A DNA stretch of 64,000 nucleotides, taken from Paraspadella gotoi. Lineage: Eukaryota; Animalia; Chaetognatha. A program made the position numbers and the translations under genes. The stretch is taken from positions 12,978,813 to 13,042,812 of the forward strand of contig CM119264.1 in assembly GCA_051294375.1 (NCBI GenBank), given 5' to 3'. Of this stretch, positions 1 through 20,064 are shown one piece after another. A model generated the notes under the pieces. That model saw only the letters and a program-made list of their open reading frames with translations, was not told the origin of the DNA and made no database searches. The stretch's first letter is position 1, and each line of letters starts with the position of its first letter.

Positions 1-1482
1 TATAATGATTTATTGCATCGGCGCAAAAAAAAAAGAAAACGACATTATTTAAATTCTTTTTAGTTTTCACGTTCGTTATATATTCATATCTCATATCTCA
101 TTTTGAGCTTTTTTTTTTTCGTATCATTTCTAATTTTGGAGTGCTTTATTCGTTGAAAAACCCTACCCCAGCGCCATCTGCCTCATTACTCAATTTGTTT
201 CTTTGTTTATTTAAGGTGCGACAACGAGAATGCATCACCGGCAGATGGAAGTGCGACGGCGACAACGATTGCGGCGACGACAGCGACGAACGAGGATGCG
301 ACGCTCACACTTGCAACGAGGCCACTCAGGTGCGGGATTTACAATTTTGATTAATTTTTGTACCATGGTCTAAATTAAGGTTAAACTTTTGTATAAATAA
401 CTTTTTTTTCTGAAATAAAAGAATAAACAATAACAACAACAATAATAACAACAACCATATTTGTATACATAACTATTCGTGATTTACTTACATTTTTTTT
501 CTCAGTTCCAATGCGCGAGCGGTCACTGCGTCGACAAGAGCGAGCGTTGCGACGGACGAGCGGACTGCGCCGACGTGTCGGACGAAGCCGGTTGCCGCAC
601 TCGATATCCGGGCGGACGGCACTGCTCTAGCAAAGAGTTCACCTGCAACAACACCGTCTGCACACGCCTTCATTACCGGTGTCGAGTTTGAGAAAGAAAG
701 AAAGAAAGAAAGAAAGAGATAAAGAAAGAAAGAAAGAAAGAAAAGAAAGAAAAAGAAAGAGAAAGAAAGAAAGAAGAAAGAAAGAAAGAAAGAAGAAGAA
801 AGAAAGAGAGAAATAGAGAAAGAAAGAAATAGAGAAAGAAAGAAAAAAAGACAGAAAGAAAGAAAAAAAAGAGAAAAAAAAAGAAAAAAAGAAAGACGGA
901 AAAAGAAAAACAGAAGAAAGAAAAAGAGGAAAAAGAAAAAGAATAAGGGAAAGAAAAAGAATCAATCAATCTAATTTTTTTTTTTGGTATCAGATGCGAC
1001 GGTGATGACGACTGCGGCGACGGCAGCGATGAATTAGACTCTGTTTGCCGCGAGATTGAATGCGATCCAGAGACAGATTCAGGTTTATTTGCGTTGCGTA
1101 GTATAGTATAGAAAAGTATTAACTTCTTGAAGTCATTATCGCTTTTTTTTTAACATTCTCAGTGTGCAGCAACATGAAATGCATTGCAAAATGGCGACTT
1201 TGCGACAAAGTGGACAACTGCGGGACGGGTGAGTCTATGAGACGCCAACGTCGATAACGAGGCCTTAACTTACCTTGTCCGCCTTTGTCTCTTATTTCCT
1301 CCCCCCCGACACCCAAGCTCCGATGAGAACGACCACGATGTCTGCGCGCGACACCGTGGTCGAGAACGCGAGTGCAACGAGCGTCAATTCAAGTGTGCCA
1401 ACGGGATGTGCATCTCCGCATACAGACTGTGCGATCACGCCGACGATTGCGGGGATAATTCCGACGAGATCGATGCCGTAAG

Positions 1483-1577
<95 letters not shown>

Positions 1578-2173
1578 CTCTCTCTCTCTCTCTCTCTCTC
1601 TCCTTTCTCTCTCTCTCTCTCTCTCACCTACTCACTCACCCTATCTTACCCTCCTCAGACAATCCCGGTTCCGCCCCATGGCGGCTGCGCCACCAACAAC
1701 GGCGGCTGCGAACGCAACTGCACGGACGTAACGGTGACATCCTACGTGTGCAGCTGCGGCAAAGGATACAAAGTCTCGGAAAACTGACCGCAAGTCTTGT
1801 TTGGACGTCAACGAATGCGCAACGGGAGACAACGAGTGAGTGAAAAGAAAGTCGGCGGTGACCAGGAATTGGGAACAATCTCAACGCGTTCATTTCTCTC
1901 TTTTTTTCAGGTGCCCCAAATTGTGTCTCAACTTCAAAGGGGGTCACCACTGCGAATGCTTCCAGGATTCAACGACACCATTGGCTCAAGAAGCGGCAGC
2001 GTCTGCCGAGCGGAGGGTAAGTTTTTAACGTCTCAATTCGCTCATGTCGGCGCTCTTTGACGACTCGTTCCTCCAATCTTCGGGCCCCCCTCCCCCATCT
2101 CTTAGGGTCGGACCCCACGATGGTGATGTGTCTCAGTCGTCGGGGAAATTCGTCGCTTCATCGAAGAGCGATC
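1..2173 (+). repeat. Near-identical, more error-prone duplicate of 6621-8754 (LRP2-like exons and introns), ending at the N gap
   Basis: Base 1 (TATAATGATT...) matches 6621 and 2173 (...GAGCGATC) matches 8754. This copy has small deletions that break exon frames or splice sites (e.g. GACAACGAGAATGC vs GACAACGAGAAATGC). Confidence 0.95.
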
Positions 2174-2198
2174 NNNNNNNNNNNNNNNNNNNNNNNNN
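2174..2198. other. Assembly gap (25 N)
   Basis: Run of 25 n in the sequence. Confidence 1.
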
Positions 2199-2277
2199 TA
2201 TATTCTATTTTTACTCTCGACTCCCAATTCCGTTGATATCTCCATGATCCTCCCCGACTTCACCGCCCTCTACCCAC

Positions 2278-2466
2278 CTTCCGCCAAAACAAATACGTAT
2301 TCGTCACAAGTCTCGGTTTCGTTCTTGAACTCATTTGCGTATCGCCGACACTCGGCAAACCCGTTGTCGGTTTTGATGTCGGGAGGAAGAAAGTCGGAGA
2401 GATTGATCGATCGGGAGGAGTCGGGGGCGGCGCAGTGGTGTCTGTGAAGGAAAAGTGAGAAGGGTT

Positions 2467-2523
<57 letters not shown>

Positions 2524-3114
2524 AGAGAGAAGTGTATGTATGTATTGAATGTATAAACAGAATACGGCCTTGGGCACGCCTAATGCGGCCTATATACAGC
2601 CTTTTAAGTAAAGTACAGTTAATTACGATGTTTAAAATACAATTCAAGATCTTGAAAATATTTTCAAAAACAAAAACGATAACTTTTCAAAACAAAAAAC
2701 GATAAAATTGGTAATAGATCAAAAAAATTAAAAGTTAAAAAGAAGAATGGTTAGGGCAATAAACTCATAAAACTCTAAACAGCATTGGTTTGACTTCTTA
2801 TCTTCCTCGTAGCAAAATGTGAGTGGAGATTTGTGAGATTTGGGAGTAGAAGAGAGAGAGAGAGAGAGAGAGAAAATGAAATGAAAAAAAAATGAGGGAG
2901 TAAGAAAGAGAAACAGAGAAAGAGAAAAAGACAAAGATTGGGAAATAGTAACAGAAAGGCTTTAAATGCTACTTTACTGCGGCACATATCCGGCGAATGA
3001 GTCTATCAACGAAATCCAAGGAGTGCAAATTCCAATGTACAGAGTCAACACGTAAATTCCAAGTGGGAAAAGTCCCTTCACCCCCAGAAATTCTAGGGCG
3101 TCGTCGAGGGACAT
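2278..3114 (-). CDS. SLC22 / organic cation transporter-like gene, first two coding exons (3114-2978, 2441-2278)
   Basis: Spliced translation MSLDDALEFLGVKGLFPLGIYVLTLYIGICTPWISLIDSFAGYVPQ|HHCAAPD...ECRRYANEFKNETETCDEYVFVLAE. It matches the SLC22 N-terminus, TM1 and Cys-containing first loop (PxHxC...CxRY...C). Junctions are GT-AG and phase-consistent. Confidence 0.75.
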
Positions 3115-3998
3115 TTTTTCCTCTTTTGTTTCTTTCTTCTTCGTTTCTGGTTCTTCTCTATTTTTTATTTCGGTTATGCGTTATTCATGTTTGCGAATGG
3201 ATGTTTTGTCGTTTTTTCAAGCACTGTGTTTGTTTATATATATATACATATTTTTTGATATTTGTGCCATGCTTTCTTATGTTTTGTTTGTTTAATTATG
3301 ACGATGATTGTTGACTGTTTATTTTTATTATATCGGTTTTTGATTACATAACTGATTTACTGGAGGCGTTTCTAGGTATCATAATCATTTAAAGACAGGT
3401 TCACTATATCACTCCGAGTTTGCTGAACTTTGATCGTAAGATAATGATATCTTTTAAGCGACGAAACCGATACGAAGATCGGTTAAACTAATGGCAATTC
3501 TTTTAGCTTTTATGAAATTGGCACAACCAATATAAAAATAATCCATTCATTTAATAAATAAGCTATCTTGCTCCCGATTTGATTTTCTTTATTATTTATT
3601 TCTTATTTATACTACTTACTTACTACTTGCTCGGGATAGTTATATAGCTTACTACACTTTTTGTCTCACATCAGAAGTTAAAAAAAATCATTTATTTAAA
3701 TCTTTCCATTTTTTAATATATATATAAACCTTTCAAGAAAACTAGAATCATCCCAAATTTAAAAAAATGCAAACCTGGGCGCGAAAATATTAGGCCATCA
3801 GAATCGAAGAAATGATTTCCCTGCGGGTGATGGCAGAAAGAAAGGAAAAGATGAAGGAAAGATATAAAAAGAAAAGAAAGAGAGGAAAAGATGAAGGAAA
3901 GATATAAAAAGAAAAGAAAGAGAGGAAATCTCAGAATCTTCCGCCATCGTTTTCGACGCGTTGCCTCGTACATTTGCATATTTTACACCGTCATATGG

Positions 3999-4076
<78 letters not shown>

Positions 4077-4313
4077 ACGTTTCTAATCCCACAAAACTAA
4101 ATGGGCTGGAAGTAAATAAAAAAAGCGATTACTAGTGACAATCCGAGGCAGTTCTTTAGTGGATTATGACGAACTTACGTTACAGTTCTATATGGATTTA
4201 CCGACTTCCTAGTTCTTATTACATTTTTTGTTTCATTAATTAATTCATCCATTCTTTTTTCATTTTAGTGATTTTATTATCTGTAATCATAATGTTTCTT
4301 CGCTCGCCCTCAG

Positions 4314-13163
<8,850 letters not shown>

Positions 13164-14160
13164 ATTGGAGGAAGTCAGAGTTCAATCTGATACGGCGTGT
13201 AAAAAAAAAAAGAGATACTTTTCCGTCACAGCTCGTTTCTTTTACTAAGAGTATTACATTCATTAACTACTAATTAATCCCCGAAGAGTACTGTTACAAA
13301 CCATTTTCTGGTTCATAAAGAGAAAAAAAAAGTATTTTCAAACTTTTTTGGTTGTGCCTTGGAATTTTTCAAGTTTTCCCTGCCTCAAGTAATATTCCAA
13401 TCATTCCACTCAATTCTTTGATTTCGAATTTAAAAAAACTCAATCATTCCATCGCGCTTCTTCGGTATTCACCAGCAAATTTAACATTCTTGAGTGCGAA
13501 CGGACGAAGGTGATTGTTTTTATTTTTTTTTTCATACGTTTTACAATGGTGAAAAATTGACGCTTAACTTCTAGTCTTCTCTGCGTAGTTTTAGATCTTT
13601 GATTACTAATTCTGTTTGTATTTGAAATTAGCGGATTGTAATACCTTACGTACATTTTAAAAAAATTAACTAACTTCGCTTTGTCGGAAATGACGCTACT
13701 ATTAGTCTATCTGTTTTACGTTTATAATGTTAACAGTTATTTTTGTGCTGTAAGTCTTTATTCAATATTATATCAGTTTAAAGTTTATGAAGAGAACTTA
13801 AAATAAGAGCTCTGTACTCAACCAAATTTATATTTGCGGAAAAAATAATGCAATATGTTGTACAATTGTTAAGCTTACTTTCAGAAATATAATTTTTTAG
13901 CAGTTGTCAACTCCATGGATTAGAGAAAAACGTTCGATTAGTTCAGATACTTCACTTGTTAGTTTCAGTTATGAATGATAATATAAAGCTCTATATAAAG
14001 CTATTACATAATATAATTATGCGATAAAAGCAATTTACACTAAATAGGCAGAGCACAAGATTTTAGTTTCTATATTTTAAATAGATGAATGGATATACTG
14101 TAAACGATTTGCTCGTATATTCCATACCAACTTAAACCCGAATAAAACTATTGACTTTTC

Positions 14161-14238
14161 CTCTCTCCGCCGGTCAAGCCCATCGCCCGCGTCTTATGTC
14201 GTTGACTTTAAAAGACCGGGGTCATGAGACGGAAGAGA
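14161..14238 (-). promoter_or_regulatory. SECIS element (form 2) in the selenoprotein 3'UTR
   Basis: Minus strand: cucuuccguc-uc-AUGAC-CCCGGUCUU-uu-AAA-GUC-aac-GAC-au-AAGAC-g-CGGG-CGAU-gggcuugacc-ggcggagagag. Helix I, the GA/GA core (14225-14221 and 14185-14182), helix II, apical AAA and a mini-stem are all present. Confidence 0.9.
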
Positions 14239-14345
14239 ACGTGAAGGCGTGAGAATTGTCCCTTGTGAATTCACCTTCGCTCTTCACGAGAGCCACACTT
14301 CTTACTAAAGCTCCATTAACACTCTGACCCATTGCACATTGATGA

Positions 14346-15012
14346 TTACAACAGCGTGCAAAACGGGGTTTTCTTTTCCGGCGGCGGCGGCGCCGACACC
14401 GGTTTCGGCTTTCCTCCGGCCACGACGTCCGCGACCACGCCGACGACGTCCGCGTTGTTGGGGAAGCGCCGGTGATCCAGCTTGGAATAGATCGCTTCTT
14501 CGTTGACAGAGATTTCGAAGGAACCGGGACGTCCCACCTAAATAGGAATTCTATTATAATTAGGGTTCTAAAAAAACACGAGCGTATGAAATATCCGTTT
14601 ACATAGGTTTTAAAAGTAAGCCGAATCTAGGAATGAATTGATGAAGGGATAGTTTGTTTTTTTGTTTGTACCAATTTTAGCTAATTAGTTCATTTCATTG
14701 AGAATTTAAACATTTATAAGGAAATGTGCGAATTACGGTTGCGTAATGCTAGTTTGTTTGTTTGTTAGTGTAGTAGATAAGAATCTCCTAACGAAAAATC
14801 GTAAAAAAAAACATTCACCGAATTCCGCCAGAGTCCATCTCCGCCCGACGTTGACTCATCACAGCACTTACCTTTCCGTCGACCTGGACCATCTCTTCTC
14901 CTCCTTCGATGGTCTTGAGGATTTCCGCCTTCAAAGCCTCGAACTGCGGACGATAATTTCACCGACCGCAGTATTCCACGAACACTTTCGTCTTCGACAT
15001 CGGCATCGCCAT
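14346..15012 (-). CDS. MIEN1: Selenoprotein of the SelW/Rdx family (SelW2/MIEN1-like), 110 aa; exons 15012-14872 and 14537-14346; Sec UGA at 14961-14959
   Basis: MAMPMSKTKVFVEYCGR-U-NYRPQFEALKAEILKTIEGGEEMVQVDGK|VGRPGSFEISVNEEAIYSKLDHRRFPNNADVV...PFCTLL*. Shows a CxxU motif, the Rdx signature GSFEIxVN...SKL...FP and a CaaX end. The frame continues through TGA to a GTAAGT donor. Confidence 0.93.
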
Positions 15013-15046
15013 TATGACTGAGTGGGAACGAAGATTGACTTTACTA

Positions 15047-15081
<35 letters not shown>

Positions 15082-15400
15082 TTTTTTCTCGTTAAAATGT
15101 TTCGTATTTCGCGCGTAAATTCCGAAACAAAAAATAACAGTTTTTTCGAACGTCTCGAAATAACCACCCGAAATGAAAAAGGACCAAAGTAAAGTTATTG
15201 TCTCCAAGGAGATAGAAATACAGTGGAATCGCCTTTGGCATAGCGATGACCTGCGATCGGGAAGTCTCTTGAACGAGGAATCGATCTCGTTTTAAGCGGT
15301 CTTAGCTTTATTCTCATGTTATGACAGAATGAAATGACTCCCAGTTTTTTTCCCATGATCCACCGAATCGCATGTAGGAGGGATGATTCAAATGAGTGAA

Positions 15401-15435
<35 letters not shown>

Positions 15436-15531
15436 AGGAAAAATATTAGATGAGAGTTCGTCTATATTTTATTTCTTAAATTTAAAAAAAAGGCTTTATG
15501 TATATACTCTCTTTTCGTTGTTTTTGAAGTA

Positions 15532-15634
15532 TTAGGAGAAAAACAGTTTTGGTTTGACAACGATTTTTTTGACATAATTAGCCAGACATTATGTCAAAAA
15601 AATCGTTGTCAAACCAAAACTGTTTTTCTCCTAA
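15532..15634. repeat. Perfect inverted repeat (47-bp arms, 9-nt loop), MITE-like or hairpin
   Basis: Arm TTAGGAGAAA...TTGACATAAT (15532-15578), loop TAGCCAGAC, then its exact reverse complement (15588-15634). Confidence 0.9.
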
Positions 15635-16767
15635 AAAAAGGCTTATATTTATTTAAAAAGGTTTAAAACTGTAAAAATCTTTAAAAAGGATTGGCCGGGA
15701 AAAAGAGTTGACAAGCTACAACATCCCCCCCAAGTGATTTTTATTTTCAGACGAAAGGATTTGAGACAATAATTCAATTTGATTCCATGTCATTTCGGTT
15801 CACATAAAAAGATTTTCAATTTAAGTTTATTTCTTCTATAAAAAAGTAGTCGATGTTTATTAATCGTTGAAATAAAAAAAAAAGATTTCCTGTAAGAAAA
15901 GAAGGGTGCGCCCCCCCCCCCAAAAAGACTGTCTTAATCAAATAGTAACCACTATAAGAAATATTCCGCTCAAAACAGAACCGCCCTATAACGTATTTCG
16001 TATTCTTCGTCGCCGTCTTCAACGTAGCCGACGTGACTGAGAGCGTTGCAACTCGCAACGGCCGTTATCTCCGTCGCTGTCGTGGTTTTCGTAACGACGA
16101 TATTCTCACCGGCGATCGTCACTCTACGCGTCCGTCATTCCCAGGATTCTCCTCATCGTCGTCGTCGTCGTCGTCCTAGTGGTCGTCGTCGTCTTCGCGA
16201 TCGTCTTTCTCGTCGTCTGCCTCGTCGTCGTTCTCCTCGAATTCGACGTCGCGTCGCTTATAAAAACCGGAAACTCCGAGTGAAGCGAGAAACGCGATCG
16301 AAAAACTTTTTTTGCGTCGCGTGAACCAGAGGACCGTTTCTCACGGACGACGACTGGTTTGGTGAATCGACAGATTTTAAATGGTTTTCGTGGACACGAG
16401 GTAAATTTTTTGATGTTGGTTCGGATTTTCAATTTGAACAATTAGCTAATGGTTCAATTAGAACTTTTAGTTAACTCTTACACGAAGCGGGATATTATTG
16501 AAATGCTAATTTTTTTTTTTCAGATTAGAAATTAAAATATTTTTTTTGAAATAAGTATGCTATAAACGATAGCTGATCGAGTTCACCTGTGAAAAAAAAA
16601 TGGAAAGCAGAAATGTCAAGATCCTACTTTATATATTGTTTAAACATCCTGTTTTACATAACGTGTAAAGATTCTGCTTTACATATGTATATAATTTTAA
16701 GTTAAATTGTGTCTCTTGGCGAGACATTAAACGAAATTTCTTTCACAGACTTTCGCTGTTGTATGCC

Positions 16768-17538
16768 ATGAAAGTTCCGGCTTCCCTCTTCCTTCTCATC
16801 TCTCTCTTCAGAAGTGGAATTTGTTCCTTACGGCAAACGGAACTTTTACGTAAGTCGGGAAACCGTTCGAGGGCGGAAACGAGATTAGAGGAAAGAAAAC
16901 AGAATAACAAAAGACAAATCCGAAGAGACTTCCGACTTTTTCGTTGACGAAATTCGATTTTCATGTTTCTTTTCCGTTCTAAGACTCTGTGTAATTTTTT
17001 AGACACTGTTTCGCGGGAATAACTTTTAAGCACGCTTTGAATATACGTATATATGTGAGATGCGGCCCCGAGTTCATTGTTCATTGGTGAAAACCACTAA
17101 GTTGTAGTCATTGTTTATAAAAGTTCCTGGATCGAATTCGGGAAATAATTATTTTATTTATTGAAACGCAAAAAACGCGGGATCGAATCTTATTTACTTA
17201 TTTTCTTTAGTCTTCTCAATAATATCAATTGTTTTCTCTCTTTTTTTAGACGATGGTGACGTGACCAATTTTGGGTCAGACCTCGACGAATTTCGGAGGA
17301 GACAAGAAAACGAGGCCATCATCGCGCTTTTGCGGCGACATCTCAAAGAGAACCCATCTTCCTCCAGGGTAAGGGTCTCGGGTGAAGCAGAAAGTGAAGC
17401 AAAAAATCTGAATTTACAACTCACCATTCAAGAGAAAGGCTCAATGATGTATTGGTAGGAAAAAACCTTGTTAGTAAATTAAGATTAATCACCACAAGTG
17501 TTCTTATTCACGCTTTATGACCTGATTTGTAGATTGTC

Positions 17539-17577
<39 letters not shown>

Positions 17578-17630
17578 TCTCTCTCCCGCGCCTCCCTCTT
17601 TCTTTCTTTCTGTTTCGTTCTTTCTTCTTT

Positions 17631-17662
<32 letters not shown>

Positions 17663-18004
17663 TCCGTCTCCCTCGCTTCAGTTTTCTGTCATTTACAGTC
17701 TGGCCATCCTTGGAAAATGATTCTTCGAGTTCTACGCCAATTGAAAAAGTGGCAAAATAAAAATCCGGTCTTGCGGAGACTGATAGTAAAAACTCTCATT
17801 AAACATTAACCATTTAATTTGAATTCAGGCGTCCCTGTTCTTTGATGATGAGGACGAACCGAGATCCCGAGAGAGTTTTCTCCGCTCCCTCTCTCGGCGA
17901 CAGAATCCGTCGCTTTACGTCGAGAAAAAGTGAGATTTGTTTCTGACGCTTGGTCCCTCCTTTATATTATTTTATTAACTATTCTCTCTCTCTGTCTTGC
18001 TCTG

Positions 18005-18099
<95 letters not shown>

Positions 18100-18748
18100 T
18101 CTCTTCCCAATTTTTCCCTCAGATCGCCAAACGCGGTCCATCTCCCTTCCTCGGCAAAAGATCATTTTCCGCCTCTCCTTTCCGGCCGCCGCCTCTCTCC
18201 TCGATGCCCCTCGTTCCGGCGTCGTCTCGCCTCCGCTCCCTCGACGGCGCCTACGCCGAGAAACGCGCCCCTCGGCCCAACTTTCTCGGCAAACGCGAAG
18301 CCCTTTCGGCGGCGTCTCCAGGCAAGCGGCGTCCGGCGTTTATCGGCAAGCGGTTCTTTCCGGACGACGCCGAGGTGATAGAAACCGGCGACGAGAACGG
18401 CGCCGCTCCGTGGAAACGGGCGGCGTCGCCGTCGTTTCTGGGAAAAAGAACGCCGCGACCTTCGTTTCTGGGAAAGCGCGGCGCTCGAGTTCCCGGCTTC
18501 ATGGGGAAAAGAGGTTGGAGAGATGAGGGGGAGGAAGAGGAAGAGTGGGAGTCGAAAGGTGAGTTTCAAAATAGTTGGGGGAGGATTGGTGAGGAAATTC
18601 GCTATATTTTTAAATATTCCGTATTCTAATTTATATTTCTAAAGGCAAAACTGACGAAGGAACCTTTCACGATGAACGGACCGATGGACAAATGAACGGA
18701 CGGCTTAATGGAGAAATGATCCAAGGAAATACGGACCGCCTCGCTTAA
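16768..18748 (+). CDS. Neuropeptide precursor encoding several PxF[L/I/M]-amide peptides; exons 16768-16849, 17250-17368, (17829-17929), 18123-18558, 18645-18748
   Basis: Signal peptide-like start MKVPASLFLLISLFRSGICS. KR-flanked units end in GKR: GPSPFL, APRPNFL, RPAFI, AASPSFL, TPRPSFL, GARVPGFM. Spacers are acidic, and an AATAAA lies near 18776. Confidence 0.9.
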
Positions 18749-19615
18749 AAAAAATGTGATCTTGACAACGAAATCAATAAATCTAAATTCTAAGCATAAC
18801 AAAAAATAAAAACAAAACAAAAAAAAAAAGACTTGAAAAAACTGGTTTGTATTCATTTTTATTTTTGCCGCTGCTTATGTATTCGTAACACTTTTTTACC
18901 GACTGCACTTTGATTATAAGAAATTTGAGATGAACACGGATGATCTATTGTCTTCAAATTATGATTAATATACTTGTTGGTTGAACGAACGAAAGCAAAT
19001 GGTGACAATGGTTGTCATAATAATATATTTCATACTTTTTGATTACTAATTAGTACTACGAAGTACCCCAGTAATTGTTTTTTTTTTATTTGTTTGGACT
19101 TATGTTGTGGTACCTTTTAATTTATAATCATACATTTTTTTTCAACTTCTTTTATACCAAAAAGAAACTTATTGTGAAATAACGTGGTGCTGGTGTAGCA
19201 GAGTTACGGCTAATTCTAAAATCTTTTTGACCAATATTCCTCGAAATCATTATCGACATAAACTTTCTTTATGATTGTTAATTTGAGCTTATGACATTCT
19301 TAATTTTCGTCGTTGTATTGCTGCAATAACAGTTTGTACAGAAAAACACCTATTCTCCTCCACTTATCAGACGATAAAATAAAAGCAGAACATTTTCAAT
19401 AAACCTATTTTGCTGTATTTGAGACTTTGGTCATCTTGAGTCACGGGATTCGAGTATTTGGAGCGTTACAATCTCTTGAATTTCAAAATGCTTCATTTAT
19501 AATTTCTGTTTATGAAGTTATCTTTTAACTTCTTTCGAGGAAATTAATGAAGTAGGCCATGAACAAAATTTAACAAAGCGGAATTTGTTAAAGGAGCAAG
19601 GGTGCATTTGCCAAA

Positions 19616-19691
19616 AGCGAATGACAGGATGGTGCTACATTGAGCATTGAGCAAACCGTTATGGCTCACTGGAGCACAATCCTGCCGTCCG
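19616..19691 (-). ncRNA. Candidate pre-miRNA with a miR-29-family seed in the 3p arm
   Basis: 5p CGGACGGCAGGAUUGUGCUCCA (19691-19670) pairs with 3p UAGCACCAUCCUGUCAUUCGCU (19637-19616) with 2-nt 3' overhangs and a 32-nt loop region. The 3p arm starts UAGCACCA. Confidence 0.55.
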
Positions 19692-19941
19692 CCATTGAAG
19701 AGGTTATTTTTGGATTGTCGTTCCAGTCTTTTGACATTTAACTTTCGATCGTCGGTTTTTGACGCAGGAGACTTGAATTCCTCCGCATTTTTCCGGAAGG
19801 ATCAGTTCGATTTCGAAAGCAGTAGCTCCTTTTCACTTTCACTAGTGCAGATATACTTAATTTTTGGGCGACAGCAATTTTTTTTGGAATTGAGTCAAAT
19901 TCCTTGGTTTTTTTTGTTTTTTTTTATCAGAGAGAGAGAGT

Positions 19942-20064
<123 letters not shown>

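Noticed and set aside
639-969. Phe/Ser/Leu-rich or ERER ORFs here and at many other sites
   Set aside because: They are translations of (AAAG)n and (AG)n microsatellites, not genes.
16046-16324. Protamine-like Arg-rich ORF (+) and Asp-rich reading (-)
   Set aside because: There is no ATG, the stretch is built on (CGT/GAC)n low complexity that is common here, and the minus-strand acidic frame has stops. A decayed exon cannot be excluded.
16741-16768. Acceptor-like sites just upstream of several start codons (possible spliced-leader trans-splicing)
   Set aside because: They cannot be distinguished from 5'UTR introns, and the myosin gene has a plausible upstream donor near 32936.
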